64,000 nt of DNA from Candidatus Gottesmanbacteria bacterium RIFCSPLOWO2_01_FULL_42_22 (GCA_001779315.1 MFJU01000042.1:747-64746), one strand, 5' to 3'; counted from the first letter of the stretch, positions 47,435-57,211 are shown. Numbers and translations are program-made. The notes: generated by a model not told the origin, from the sequence alone.

Positions 47435-48755
47435 AGCCTTTCTTTTTTACGGTTTTCAATAAGTTTTCATCGATTCCGACAGCATTTAGTTTTTTCCTCA
47501 CCCGGTGGGCAAGAACATCTATCGCCCAATCGGAATATTTTTCCTCCCAACAGTCACCCCAAATAGTTTGGGCGATCACTTCACGGGATATGATTTTCTT
47601 TTTGGAATTAAGGAGAAGAAGCATCAGTAATTTTTCTTTATTGGTCAGTGTGTTAGTCAGATTATTTTTTCCGAGCATGATTTGGTCATGCTTGACGTGA
47701 ATAATATCCAGCTTCATTTCCTTTTCAATGATCTTTGAAAGAAGGGGCAGTCCGAGTTCAATACGATCCGATTTTTCTATAATGACCCTAATACTTTTTA
47801 AATATTCATATTCATGAGTCAGAGAATCGGTCTGTTCAATATTGCCCAGATATATCTTTCTGATGATATTTTTTTCTTCAGCTGTAAATTTGCCCCAAAT
47901 TACTTCCAGTTTGTTCAAAAGCAAAATATCCGTGCAGGCTTCATATACTGATAGTTGGAAATCATCCCTCAGGTTTCTGATGGCCTGATGGACAAGCCAG
48001 TGGTATCCGCCGCATATCCGATAAATTTCTTTGGCTGTTTTTTCCGGCAAAGTAACATTCCAGAGGTCACAGTAGAAATTGATAAATTGCAGCACATCCG
48101 GTTCATCGTACAAAGGGTATTTAATGATGTGATCAAAGAGGAATGAACACTTATCGGCTAAAACTTTATATTTATCATCGGTAATATCCAGTTCTGAAAA
48201 AACGATGACAGACAGATTTTTACTGGTCTGGACAAGCAGTTCCAAATCGATTAAAGGCTGATAATTTTTATAATTCAAGACCGGAACAATATGGGCTAAG
48301 AATAAACCGACTTCATAACCGCTTCCGGCAATCAAGTTCAATAACTCAATATTTGATAAGCTATTTAATGATTTTTTGTGACCAATCTTTCTTGAAAGAT
48401 AAAGTTCAACTAATGATTCATTGATCGTTTTGAGGAGATCCTTTTGGTCGATGGGGATGTATTTTAAGAGGTATTTTCGGTAATATGGACCAAAGTATTT
48501 TCTTAAGAGGTGCTTATTGTTAATTACCTCTGTCACACTGTATTCGCAGTCGTCCTGTAGTTGGATAATTGTTCCCGATTCAGTATAACGGATAATATTC
48601 AGCCACTTCTTAGCATTCGCCTCGATTGTTTTAACCGTTAAATCAGTTAAACACTTATTTGGATCTTTATAGCCGGCAGTCGAAAAAATACTCCACCACT
48701 GCCTGGCATTCTCCGATCCAATGTTAGTCTGTTTCTTTTGAGCGGTTCTATTCAT
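47421..48755 (-). CDS. Protein with C-terminal OmpR/PhoB-type winged-helix domain
   Basis: ISRE.IA..IW...WAIDV...RVRKKL...TVKKKGF. Confidence 0.8.
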   Translation of the reverse strand: MNRTAQKKQTNIGSENARQWWSIFSTAGYKDPNKCLTDLTVKTIEANAKKWLNIIRYTESGTIIQLQDDCEYSVTEVINNKHLLRKYFGPYYRKYLLKYIPIDQKDLLKTINESLVELYLSRKIGHKKSLNSLSNIELLNLIAGSGYEVGLFLAHIVPVLNYKNYQPLIDLELLVQTSKNLSVIVFSELDITDDKYKVLADKCSFLFDHIIKYPLYDEPDVLQFINFYCDLWNVTLPEKTAKEIYRICGGYHWLVHQAIRNLRDDFQLSVYEACTDILLLNKLEVIWGKFTAEEKNIIRKIYLGNIEQTDSLTHEYEYLKSIRVIIEKSDRIELGLPLLSKIIEKEMKLDIIHVKHDQIMLGKNNLTNTLTNKEKLLMLLLLNSKKKIISREVIAQTIWGDCWEEKYSDWAIDVLAHRVRKKLNAVGIDENLLKTVKKKGFVFG

Positions 48756-49014
48756 TTTAGACGGTCATAACAACCCAAACGTAAAAATGTAAGGATTTTG
48801 GCGGATTATACCCTTTTTTGTAAGGAAGTCAAATTTTCCTGACAAATTATGACAAGCAAAATATAACCTCTTCCTATACTCTATGGGCTGAATTTCTTTC
48901 TTTACGGGGTGGACCCGAAAAAAAAGGACGAAGTTCAGCTCTTTGACAGGAAGGAACCAATCAAGCCAGGATGCGCCCTGACTTGAAAATCTAAGTTTCC
49001 AACGGAGGAAAAAA

Positions 49015-49842
49015 ATGAACACCAGTAAGCTTTACATCCTATTGATTGTGTTGGTCACTCTGACTTCGTGCGCTTCGCCAGGCTCAACCCAAGTACCCCC
49101 TGCTTCTGTAAAAGCAGAATATGAACAGGAGACCTTCGAGCTGGGAAGTTTCGGAATGGTGGCTGTCCAAGCAGGGATTCTTGAGGCCGGAAACTACTAC
49201 TTCGTGCCCAGTGCAACCGCAGTCAGCGGCGGCATCTCCGTTTACTCCCTGACCCAGGGAACCGTGATCGGATTCCTAATCGAGAGGTTGGTTGAGGTCG
49301 GCCCCGGAATAATTCAGGATATGGTAGAGGGTCCGAGAACCTTCTACTGGGACGGCCAGATAACAACCATCAACCGGGCAACCGGAGAAATTCGGGTTTA
49401 CGCCCTCGAAGATGCCGATACTGCCGAGGCCGAAAATGCTAAAACTGATGAGGAGGCTCAGGCGAAAGCCGGAGAGGAGGAAAAAGTGAGCCAATATCAG
49501 AGTGATCCGATTATCCATGTCGATGATGATCCGACGTGGATAAGAATTGGAGCAGAAATCATAGGACCTACAATGGTCTTTAACGATTGCGAGTCTTTAA
49601 TCTCAGCGTTACAGGCTAATCCTGCTTTACATGGCCGTGCCTATATTGTTGACAACGATTTGGGTCCAGGAAAAATGAAAGGTCCTCAATGCGTGCAGCA
49701 GATTTTGGCCTTAAGGCCAGGGTCGGTCATCATTGGCCTCTCGGGAGGTTTCAATGATCCGGGGTTTGTAAACTCAGGTGCGAAAACCTGGGTGAGCAAA
49801 ACTAAAGTTGACTTCAAAACTTTCCGAGATCTACTGCCGTAA
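49015..49842 (+). CDS. Predicted lipoprotein with C-terminal receiver-like domain
   Basis: Lipobox LTSC; HVDDD...IVDNDL...IIGLS...GAK.WVSK. Confidence 0.65.
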   Translation: MNTSKLYILLIVLVTLTSCASPGSTQVPPASVKAEYEQETFELGSFGMVAVQAGILEAGNYYFVPSATAVSGGISVYSLTQGTVIGFLIERLVEVGPGIIQDMVEGPRTFYWDGQITTINRATGEIRVYALEDADTAEAENAKTDEEAQAKAGEEEKVSQYQSDPIIHVDDDPTWIRIGAEIIGPTMVFNDCESLISALQANPALHGRAYIVDNDLGPGKMKGPQCVQQILALRPGSVIIGLSGGFNDPGFVNSGAKTWVSKTKVDFKTFRDLLP

Positions 49843-49864
49843 GTTAAACGTCTTTCCTGTCGTC

Positions 49865-49926
49865 TGACAGGGATCGGTGGCCATCAGAGGCGCTTCTCAT
49901 TCCATCGATTCCTGTCAATTTTTTTA
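49865..49926 (+). terminator. Long hairpin followed by T-run
   Basis: TGACAGGGATCGGTGG ... CCATCGATTCCTGTCA then ATTTTTTT. Confidence 0.6.
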
Positions 49927-49951
49927 AGTGATGAGATCGGGGAAGCGGGGA

Positions 49952-50383
49952 TTAAAACTCATTGATACTTCTTAGATACTGAAGGAAATTTCCCGGTTTG
50001 ATTATTAAAATCCCCAAATCATTTTCGATTTTGTTTGCTTTGTAATGCCGGCTGTTATGGGACAGTAAGAATTTAGACTTTGATAGGTAAGCTCCGGCAA
50101 CCACATGTGAATCTTCTTCATCAATGACATAATCCCCATAATTTTTGATTAAATCTTTTTTGGTTATATCAAAAGCGATTGTTCTGAGATTGTTGAGGAT
50201 TTTTACGGTGCTCCCAGCTTCAATATTAAGTCTTTTTCCCACTTCTTTTACCTCTTCTGCAACGGTATTGGTAATTATTTTTTCAATTTTGGGAATTTTG
50301 ATGACGTTAAAGGAAGCGCCGGTTTTTGAAAGCAGGGAGGAGATAATGACATCAGTGTCTAAAAAGACCCGGATTTTTGCCAT
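49952..50383 (-). CDS. PIN-domain toxin
   Basis: VFLDTDVIIS, DEEDSHVVAGA, N.RHY. Confidence 0.85.
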   Translation of the reverse strand: MAKIRVFLDTDVIISSLLSKTGASFNVIKIPKIEKIITNTVAEEVKEVGKRLNIEAGSTVKILNNLRTIAFDITKKDLIKNYGDYVIDEEDSHVVAGAYLSKSKFLLSHNSRHYKANKIENDLGILIIKPGNFLQYLRSINEF

Positions 50384-50634
50384 AGCTTTTGACGGACATT
50401 TCTGATAGTTTCATTCACTTTTTCCAATCCAGCTTCATCCGTCTTCTGGGCTTTTAATATATCCTCATCCATCCCGGTGAAGACAAAGGAAATTGAACTT
50501 GCGGGAATTCGATACACCTTTCCGATTTTTTTGGCAATAATTTCTCCTCTGCCGATCAGCTCATAAATGGTGTTTTTGCTCAACTGGAGTATTTCTGCGA
50601 CTTGTTCCGGTGTGTACGTTCTTGGATGTAACAT
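50359..50634 (-). CDS. Excisionase-like HTH protein (putative antitoxin)
   Basis: YTPEQVAEILQLS.NTIY.LI..GEI.A.KIG..YRI; overlaps PIN gene. Confidence 0.85.
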   Translation of the reverse strand: MLHPRTYTPEQVAEILQLSKNTIYELIGRGEIIAKKIGKVYRIPASSISFVFTGMDEDILKAQKTDEAGLEKVNETIRNVRQKLWQKSGSF

Positions 50635-50840
50635 GACTATTTTATATCAAACATGACTAAAAATGTCAATATAGTATAAACTCACTGTAAAGGTATGATT
50701 CCCCGAAATTGTTAAATTTCGAGGATTATAAGTCCCCAAAATATGCCGAATTTAAGGAGCCGGTGGTAAACAAAGCGTTTTTACAAGACCATTATTTAGG
50801 TCTTGACATAAGACCTATATATAGGTTAAACTATTGGTAT

Positions 50841-51080
50841 ATGATTTCAACATCTATTTCTCAACTTAAAGCAAACCCATCCGCTGTGATTGAACAAGCA
50901 GCCGATTATCCGGTAGCAGTCGAAAGCCGGAATGATGTCAAAGCCTATCTCATCGGTAAAAATCTTTTTGAAAAAATGATTGCATTTATTGAAAATTATG
51001 CAGATGCCGAAGCTGTTAAAAAGGCAGACTTCAAAAGCGGAAAAGACTTAGAAGAAGTAGCCAAAGAACTTGGGATATGA
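50841..51080 (+). CDS. Phd/YefM family antitoxin
   Basis: SISQLKANPS.VI......PVAV..RN..KAY; palindrome ACCTATATATAGGT in promoter. Confidence 0.8.
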   Translation: MISTSISQLKANPSAVIEQAADYPVAVESRNDVKAYLIGKNLFEKMIAFIENYADAEAVKKADFKSGKDLEEVAKELGI

Positions 51081-51340
51081 AGATTGTTTTATCTCCTAGG
51101 ACGGAAAAACAGCTCAGAAATCTACCGAAATTTGACCAGATAGCTATAGCAGAGAAAATCCGCAATTTGCCTCAAAGTCAACAGTCAGGGGAAGAAAAAC
51201 TGTCCGGTTTCCCCGGCATCTACAGGGTAAGGGTAGGAAATTACCGAATTGTTTATAAAAAGCTGGCTGATTCTTTCTATATTGTTATAATTCGTCATCG
51301 ACGGGATGTCTACCGCTTAGTCAAAGATTTATTGGGCTAG
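51077..51340 (+). CDS. relE: RelE/ParE family toxin
   Basis: KLSG....YRVRVG.YRIVY...HRRDVY. Confidence 0.9.
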   Translation: MKIVLSPRTEKQLRNLPKFDQIAIAEKIRNLPQSQQSGEEKLSGFPGIYRVRVGNYRIVYKKLADSFYIVIIRHRRDVYRLVKDLLG

Positions 51341-52586
51341 CATACAGATCTTCCAGTTCCTTGACCCCGCCGAAGGCGATGCGGTCAAGAACAAGATCAT
51401 CCATGCCGAGCATTAAAGCAGGGGTAATGACAAATTCGCCGAAACGGTTATTGATTTTGTCGGCGGCATCGGTGACGTCCCTGTTTTTGCTTTTTTCTGT
51501 CCGGAAAAGCTCCTCCTGGACAAATTTTTTCTCGAAGAGTTTAAAACAGCTGACGGCCAGTTTAGCCACTTTTTTCGAAGGATGCGTTTGGTTGTTAAAG
51601 ACCAGCATGACCTTTTTGAACAGTTCTCCCGTGGTATACATTTCGGTCGCAAAAGTTTCCCCCCGGTGCCAATGGGTGTAGTCGGTATAGATAACGGCAA
51701 CATGGATGCCCAAAGCTGTATAACCGTGGCGGCGCAATCTTCGGCCCATTTTTTCCGTCAGTTTCATTAACAACCGGGCCAGCTCTCTTTTATCAGAGGT
51801 GAATTTGCCCAAGGCATAGGACTGTCCGAAGCTTTTGCGCTCAAACTCAATCGCATCAATCTCCCAGCCGCGCAATCTCAAATACCAGTAATGGCCGACA
51901 ATGCTCTGGAAAACCTCTTTGATAAGAAGTTCGCGTGAAGCTTTCAAAAAATCCAAAGGAGTAAAAATGTCCCGGGCGTTGAGTCTGGCCTGAAAGCGCG
52001 TATTGATGCCGCAAAGATCAATCAAAGTTACCCTGTCATAAACTTCCTCCAGGTTTTGCCAGTTGATCGTCTGAAGCCCGTCCGGCTTTTTTAAAGAAGC
52101 CGCCAGTTTGGCCAGAAAGCGGTTGGTGGAGATGCCGACTGAAACGCTAATCCACTCGCCGATTTCCCGTTTAATCCGTTTTTTTATTTCACTGCCGACA
52201 TCCTCAAGGCTTTTATTTTTTATTTGGCAGCCGCTAAAATCCAGGACTGCCTCGTCAATAGATTTGGGAAAAACGTCGGGTGAATATTCCTTGAAGATCC
52301 GGCTGAATTTCAAATGAACATCCCTGTATTTGGGAGGATCAGGCGGCCGCACGATTATTTGAGGACAAAGAAGTCGGGCTTCCCGCACCGTCATGCCGAC
52401 CCTAACCCCGTACCTTTTAGCTTCAATTGAGGGAGCGATGACACAGCCGTTGCCGGTGGTGTAGGCAGCTACAGCTACCGGTTTGCCGCGCAGCAGTGGA
52501 TTGGCCTGCTGTTCGGCGGTGGCAAAACAGGAGTTCATGTCAATATGCATGACCAGGGGCAAGTTGCGGTTAAGAGGCAAGTCCAT
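51321..52586 (-). CDS. dinB: Y-family DNA polymerase IV
   Basis: HIDMNSCFA, SIEAK.YGV, SIDEA, LAKLA....KPDG. Confidence 0.92.
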   Translation of the reverse strand: MDLPLNRNLPLVMHIDMNSCFATAEQQANPLLRGKPVAVAAYTTGNGCVIAPSIEAKRYGVRVGMTVREARLLCPQIIVRPPDPPKYRDVHLKFSRIFKEYSPDVFPKSIDEAVLDFSGCQIKNKSLEDVGSEIKKRIKREIGEWISVSVGISTNRFLAKLAASLKKPDGLQTINWQNLEEVYDRVTLIDLCGINTRFQARLNARDIFTPLDFLKASRELLIKEVFQSIVGHYWYLRLRGWEIDAIEFERKSFGQSYALGKFTSDKRELARLLMKLTEKMGRRLRRHGYTALGIHVAVIYTDYTHWHRGETFATEMYTTGELFKKVMLVFNNQTHPSKKVAKLAVSCFKLFEKKFVQEELFRTEKSKNRDVTDAADKINNRFGEFVITPALMLGMDDLVLDRIAFGGVKELEDLYASPINL

Positions 52587-52830
52587 CGCTGACCTCATCA
52601 AGTCTCCAAAAAAGAGTTTCCGTATCCAGTTCAAGCCGGAAAGCCAGCGAATTGTTGGAGACTGAGAAAATATGGAGAAGTTTTTTGCCCTGTTTGACTT
52701 TGTGGTGGTAGCCGATCTTGTCAATTATGTAGATGCGGCCCTGCCATTTGATTTTTTGGGGCATGACCGTCCTTTTTTCCCGGTCAAAAACCGTCACCAC
52801 GCTGATTTTTTCGTTGATTTTTTCGTTCAT
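52570..52830 (-). CDS. Small beta-rich protein in lexA-dinB operon (DUF6504/ImuB-C-like)
   Basis: P..IKW.GR.Y.I..I...F.V......F.L......W.L..V pattern. Confidence 0.65.
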   Translation of the reverse strand: MNEKINEKISVVTVFDREKRTVMPQKIKWQGRIYIIDKIGYHHKVKQGKKLLHIFSVSNNSLAFRLELDTETLFWRLDEVSDGLAS

Positions 52831-52860
52831 AAAATCGCTCAAAATGACACGTAACTCTTT

Positions 52861-53433
52861 TCAGTGATATTTCCGGATGACCGAGATGACAATGCCGAAA
52901 ATGATGAGATTTTCTTTCGGATACAGGGGTTTGTATTTGCTGTTGCCTGCTGAGAGAAAAACGAGATTATCTTTTTTGCGGAAATACTTGAGAGTGAATT
53001 CATCATCAATTGCCGCCACCACGATATCGCCCTCTTTAGGTTGGCGGCCCTTTTCCACAATCACCATATCGCCTTCGTGGATGCCGGCCTCAATCATCGA
53101 ATCCCCTGAAACCCTAAGAAGATATGATCTTTCGGGGCGGGCAATCAGATAGTCATCAAAGGAAACGGCAGACAGAAGCTGCTCTTCGGCGGCTGTCGGA
53201 CTGCCGGCGCGGATAATACCTAAAACAGGCAGGGAGGGAAAAAGCTGTTTCGGCATAAGTTTGCCGGTAGAGTCCTTCCCCAATATGCCGGCTTCGATGA
53301 GTTTGGCCGCCAATTTAAAACTGGCTCCCTTGGAAGAGAAACCGAAAAGACGGCACATTTCCTGATAAGAGGGGAGACGCTTGTTTTTGCGGAAAAAGCG
53401 GCGGATTTTCTGTACAGCAGACTCAAGATTCAT
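52861..53433 (-). CDS. lexA: LexA repressor (S24 peptidase)
   Basis: N-terminal wHTH (PSY.EM), AG cleavage site, GDSM, TLK. Confidence 0.9.
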   Translation of the reverse strand: MNLESAVQKIRRFFRKNKRLPSYQEMCRLFGFSSKGASFKLAAKLIEAGILGKDSTGKLMPKQLFPSLPVLGIIRAGSPTAAEEQLLSAVSFDDYLIARPERSYLLRVSGDSMIEAGIHEGDMVIVEKGRQPKEGDIVVAAIDDEFTLKYFRKKDNLVFLSAGNSKYKPLYPKENLIIFGIVISVIRKYH

Positions 53434-53446
53434 AGCTTACAAGATT

Positions 53447-53475
53447 ATCATAGTGAACGATCGTTCACCTGTCAA
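53447..53475 (-). promoter_or_regulatory. lexA promoter with palindromic SOS box in the spacer
   Basis: Minus strand TTGACA-17-TATGAT; GTGAACGATCGTTCAC (GAAC-N4-GTTC) at 53453-53468. Confidence 0.8.
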
Positions 53476-53515
53476 GGGGAAGAAGCGCTTGTCAGAAAAA
53501 GTCAGGTATAGTAGT

Positions 53516-53992
53516 ATGGAGAATATGAAAATTCTGATTGTTTATGCTACCAATTCCGGCGGGACACAACTGGCCGCCCAGATAGTCCAGGAAACCCTGG
53601 TCAAACACAGTCTGACGGCAGAACTTAAAGAAGTCAGGGATACTTCGGCTGATGAATTTGCGGGATATGATTTAGTGATTCTTTCTTCTCCGAGTTGGGA
53701 TGATGAAGGAGCTGAAGGACAGCCTCATCCTGACTGGCGGCCGTTTATGGAGAAAGCAAAAGGCAAGGATATGTCGGGCAAAAAATTTGCCGTCATAGGA
53801 CTGGGAGATTCCTCTTATACTTATTTTTGCGGTGCGGTAAAAATTTTGGAAGATTTCATCAAATCCCTCAAAGGCGAACTGCTGACGGAATCCCTTAAAA
53901 TTGACGGATTCTATCTAGACCAGCAGAAAAGTTCCCTTCAACTGACAGATTGGACAGACAATTTGGCATCACGGCTTCAAGGGGCATCCTAA
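53516..53992 (+). CDS. Flavodoxin
   Basis: YATNSGGT, SPSW, GLGDSSY..FCGA. Confidence 0.92.
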   Translation: MENMKILIVYATNSGGTQLAAQIVQETLVKHSLTAELKEVRDTSADEFAGYDLVILSSPSWDDEGAEGQPHPDWRPFMEKAKGKDMSGKKFAVIGLGDSSYTYFCGAVKILEDFIKSLKGELLTESLKIDGFYLDQQKSSLQLTDWTDNLASRLQGAS

Positions 53993-54000
53993 AATAAGCT

Positions 54001-54564
54001 ATGGGAAAAACACCCGCCAAGCTTGCCCACAGAATTATCACCATCTCCGGTAGGGTAGCCAGCGGCGCCACAACTCTCTCCAGGCATCTTGCTCATAAAC
54101 TTAATTGGACCCTTTGGAACGGCGGGGAAATATACCGCAAATATTCCAAAGATGCTGATATTCCTTTGGAGAGGACTGATCTGTCAGCGGATGATTACCA
54201 TTTAAAACTGGATAATTATATTAAGGAAAAACTTAAAACGGAAAAAAATTTAATCATGGAATCATGGTTGTCAGGATTTAATGCCCAAGGCATCGCAGGA
54301 ATTTTTAAAATATTCGTCATCTGTTCGGTCGATTCCGTCAGAGTGGACAGGTTGGTCAACAGGGAAAATATTACCATCGATGCGGCTAAAGAGCATCTTA
54401 AAAGGCGGGAAGAAGAGAATTTTAAAAAATGGCAAAGGTTATATAAAACGGCTAATTTCTGGAACCGGCGGTTTTATGATCTTGTTATTGATACCTACAC
54501 CAACGGACCCACCCAAACCCTGGAAATTGCCCTCCGGGCAATCAGCTATTACCCCCCAAACTAA
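54001..54564 (+). CDS. Cytidylate kinase-like protein
   Basis: ITISGRVASGATT, ES.L.G, YDLVIDT. Confidence 0.8.
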   Translation: MGKTPAKLAHRIITISGRVASGATTLSRHLAHKLNWTLWNGGEIYRKYSKDADIPLERTDLSADDYHLKLDNYIKEKLKTEKNLIMESWLSGFNAQGIAGIFKIFVICSVDSVRVDRLVNRENITIDAAKEHLKRREEENFKKWQRLYKTANFWNRRFYDLVIDTYTNGPTQTLEIALRAISYYPPN

Positions 54565-54578
54565 ATAACCGGAGGTGT

Positions 54579-55037
54579 CTAGCAAGTGCACCCGGGGGGT
54601 GAACAGATCATTAGAGTTACCGGACCGTCGTTAACCAGTTCAATTTGCATAAAAGCTCCGAAACGGCCACTAGCCACTTTTTTCACTCCCTGTTTTTTAA
54701 GACATTCGATAAAATACTCATATAATTTTTCCGCTTTGGCCGGTTCCGCGCTATTGATAAATGACGGCCGCCGGCCGGCAGAAGTATCGGCATAGAGAGT
54801 AAACTGGCTGACCGCTAATATTTCACCGGTAACATCCAAAACAGACAGATTCATCTTATTTTCTTTATCCGACATAATTCGAAGATTGACCGTCTTTACA
54901 GCTAAATTTTCAGCGTCTTTTTCATTATCATCTTTGGCAACACCCACCAGAACCAAAAGGCCTTTAGCAATTTCGCCTAAAAGAGTTCCTTCTGCCGATA
55001 CTTTTGCCCGGCTGACTCTCTGGATCAGAATTCTCAT
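54579..55037 (-). CDS. dtd: D-aminoacyl-tRNA deacylase
   Basis: QRV, SQFTL, GRRPSF, NDGPVT. Confidence 0.95.
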   Translation of the reverse strand: MRILIQRVSRAKVSAEGTLLGEIAKGLLVLVGVAKDDNEKDAENLAVKTVNLRIMSDKENKMNLSVLDVTGEILAVSQFTLYADTSAGRRPSFINSAEPAKAEKLYEYFIECLKKQGVKKVASGRFGAFMQIELVNDGPVTLMICSPPGCTC

Positions 55038-55046
55038 AACATACTA

Positions 55047-55086
55047 AGACACACCAGGTGTGTCTAGCTAGCACACACCTGGTGTG
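55047..55086. repeat. REP/BIME-like pair of inverted palindromes
   Basis: AGACACACC-A-GGTGTGTCT and ACACACCTGGTGTG; mutual inverted repeats. Confidence 0.65.
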
Positions 55087-55112
55087 AACAGTTTGCTTAA
55101 AAAATTAATTCC

Positions 55113-55577
55113 TTATCTGGTTACAGAAATATCAACGGCTGGTATTTCGGTAAAAGGCGCCGAGACTGTTACCCTATTATCTGCTGTTTGCACAACCTGA
55201 TATCCGGTGTTATAGGCTGATCCTACCGTACAGTCTGTAATATTGTTTCCTCCAAGAGATGGATCTGGATCTTGTGGAAGAGCAGCAATATAGCGGGTGA
55301 TCAGATCCGTGCAAATATTGGCACCGGCTTCACTGATATTTTGGGCAGTGCCTGTAATACCAACTGGTAGAGCTCCCTTGTTATCTGCTGCATACTGATG
55401 GATGGCGTTTAAAATAGTATTAACATCACTGGCTCTTTTTGTGTCATTCGCCTGGGAGAATTGCCTGGCCGGATTAATGGCGATTAAGGTGATAGCCAAA
55501 AGCGTGGCCAGAATTCCGATAACAACCAGGAGTTCGATTAAGGTAAAACCCCGGTTGCGGGCAGAGAATTTTTTCAA
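55113..55577 (-). CDS. Type IV major pilin-like protein
   Basis: GFTLIELLVVI class III signal. Confidence 0.92.
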   Translation of the reverse strand: MKKFSARNRGFTLIELLVVIGILATLLAITLIAINPARQFSQANDTKRASDVNTILNAIHQYAADNKGALPVGITGTAQNISEAGANICTDLITRYIAALPQDPDPSLGGNNITDCTVGSAYNTGYQVVQTADNRVTVSAPFTEIPAVDISVTR

Positions 55578-55595
55578 AATTAATCACCCCCCTTC

Positions 55596-55614
55596 GCCCC
55601 GATTTAATCGGGGC
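55596..55614. repeat. Short GC-rich palindrome
   Basis: GCCCCGATT-T-AATCGGGGC. Confidence 0.6.
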
Positions 55615-55675
55615 AAATCCTTCTATTTCCAGGCTACTATGGATTTGAGCTTGTTGTCAAGATGAATTAGCAATT

Positions 55676-56359
55676 TTATCCGGCTGACTGACGGTAGAGC
55701 ATAAAAAGCAGAAAGGAAAAAAGCAGGACAAAGACACCCAGAAGGAGGTAAACCCGGTTTAAACCCATGACCTTTTTTTCCGGTTCTTTCGGTTTGTGTG
55801 CTTCCTCTGCCAAACCGGCGATCATAGTCTGCTCTTTGAGGTAATCAGTTTTGGCCAATAAAAAACCGACGGACGGTGCATCTAAAGTCGTAAGATTCAT
55901 GCCGGTTACAGAAGACGGAATGACTGTAAAAACGGTAAAACCGCGATTTTTGAAAGTTTCCATAAATACCTGCAGAAAATCAATATTGGCGGCCGATAGC
56001 AAAAACCCTTTTTCCAGTTTGTAAATCTTATGAACATTATTTTCGAAAGGCAGATGATAAAGGAAATCTTCGATGATATTTTTCTGAAGATCCTCTTTCT
56101 CTTCGCTGAAATTTTTTTCAAAGGTAATCTGGGGGGATAAAATAAAGATGAGCCTGGCCGGAGGCAGTTTGTGGTAATTGATAAAAAGCTTCAATTGCAT
56201 TTCCAGCTCTTTACTGTTGACAATTTCCATAAACCTAACCAGTTTGTCCGGGTAATTATAGACGGCTATTTGGTTGTTTACCGAGTTAAAATAAACGAGT
56301 TTGTCTCTGTCCAAAAAAACAACGGCTAAATTTTGAAGGCTTTTCATATCAGGGAACAT
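55676..56359 (-). CDS. Hypothetical pilus-cluster protein with C-terminal TM (possibly PilM/GspL-like)
   Basis: Operon position, C-terminal TM. Confidence 0.6.
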   Translation of the reverse strand: MFPDMKSLQNLAVVFLDRDKLVYFNSVNNQIAVYNYPDKLVRFMEIVNSKELEMQLKLFINYHKLPPARLIFILSPQITFEKNFSEEKEDLQKNIIEDFLYHLPFENNVHKIYKLEKGFLLSAANIDFLQVFMETFKNRGFTVFTVIPSSVTGMNLTTLDAPSVGFLLAKTDYLKEQTMIAGLAEEAHKPKEPEKKVMGLNRVYLLLGVFVLLFSFLLFMLYRQSAG

Positions 56360-56729
56360 CCTTCCAAGAGATTAGGCTGATTATATTATTATTCAAATTA
56401 AGATTTACCTCCACCCTTTTTTTCTTATTGCCGTAGTTGGCTTGGGCTGAAACAGTCTTGTCGGTTAATCCTGTAACGGTGATTTGGCAGTTTCCCTCAT
56501 TGATATCCAGTGATTCTCCCGAATAGGCAGGATTGCGGATAAGGCGGATAATGGCATTTTCAATACAGGAATCGGCAATGGATTTGGCACTGTCACCTGA
56601 AATTAATAAAGTCGATGAGGCAGAACCCAGAATCATTAAAGATACGGCCGCCGTGATAACGGTGACAGCCAAAACCATCAGAAACATTAATATTACCAGA
56701 GCGAATCCGCCCGAATTATTTTTTTTCAT
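56349..56729 (-). CDS. Minor pilin (PilX-like)
   Basis: GFAL hydrophobic N-terminus without E5; A.S.IE.A. Confidence 0.75.
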   Translation of the reverse strand: MKKNNSGGFALVILMFLMVLAVTVITAAVSLMILGSASSTLLISGDSAKSIADSCIENAIIRLIRNPAYSGESLDINEGNCQITVTGLTDKTVSAQANYGNKKKRVEVNLNLNNNIISLISWKDVP

Positions 56730-57211
56730 CTTAAAGATGCGGTTAAAGCGTAATTTGCAGTTCTCGCCTCTCCCGCTTCCAAAATCAGACTTTGCAATTC
56801 AAATTCTATTTTGACAGCCGGTTTTCCCGTAATATTGCCGATTCTTCTGACTGTAAAACTGTTTAAAGCCGTACCATAGCCGTTTAATTTTCCGCTGACA
56901 ATACCATTATTATAGAAAAGATTGGATCCTGAAAGGAAAAAATCGTGTGTCTGGCCTGCCTGTTCGAGAGAAATATCGGATGCGACATCTCCGGGATTAG
57001 CCGGAACTTGGATATTATCGGCCTGATATATTTCATTGGTCAGTTTTTTAATAATAAACATGGCGTCCTGGGAGCTTAAAGAGGTGGAAGCCGATTCTTT
57101 TTGCAGATCAAGAACTGAGGCGATCAGCTGAGCGACAATAATCAGAAAGGAAAAAAGCAGAAAACCATAGAGAATTGTTTCGATTAAGGTTGAGCCTTTA
57201 TTGAATTTCAT
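56726..57211 (-). CDS. Minor pilin (PilW-like)
   Basis: GSTLIE signal. Confidence 0.8.
   Translation of the reverse strand: MKFNKGSTLIETILYGFLLFSFLIIVAQLIASVLDLQKESASTSLSSQDAMFIIKKLTNEIYQADNIQVPANPGDVASDISLEQAGQTHDFFLSGSNLFYNNGIVSGKLNGYGTALNSFTVRRIGNITGKPAVKIEFELQSLILEAGEARTANYALTASLR

Noticed and set aside
50359-50634. Excisionase-like gene as evidence of a prophage or the array's directionality factor
   Set aside because: It overlaps a PIN toxin gene in a typical TA arrangement; no integrase or phage genes nearby
52587-53515. Extended starts of ORF-track entries 51321..52724 and 53381..53992 (also 50709..51080)
   Set aside because: Extensions overlap other genes or promoters; downstream ATGs match family N-termini
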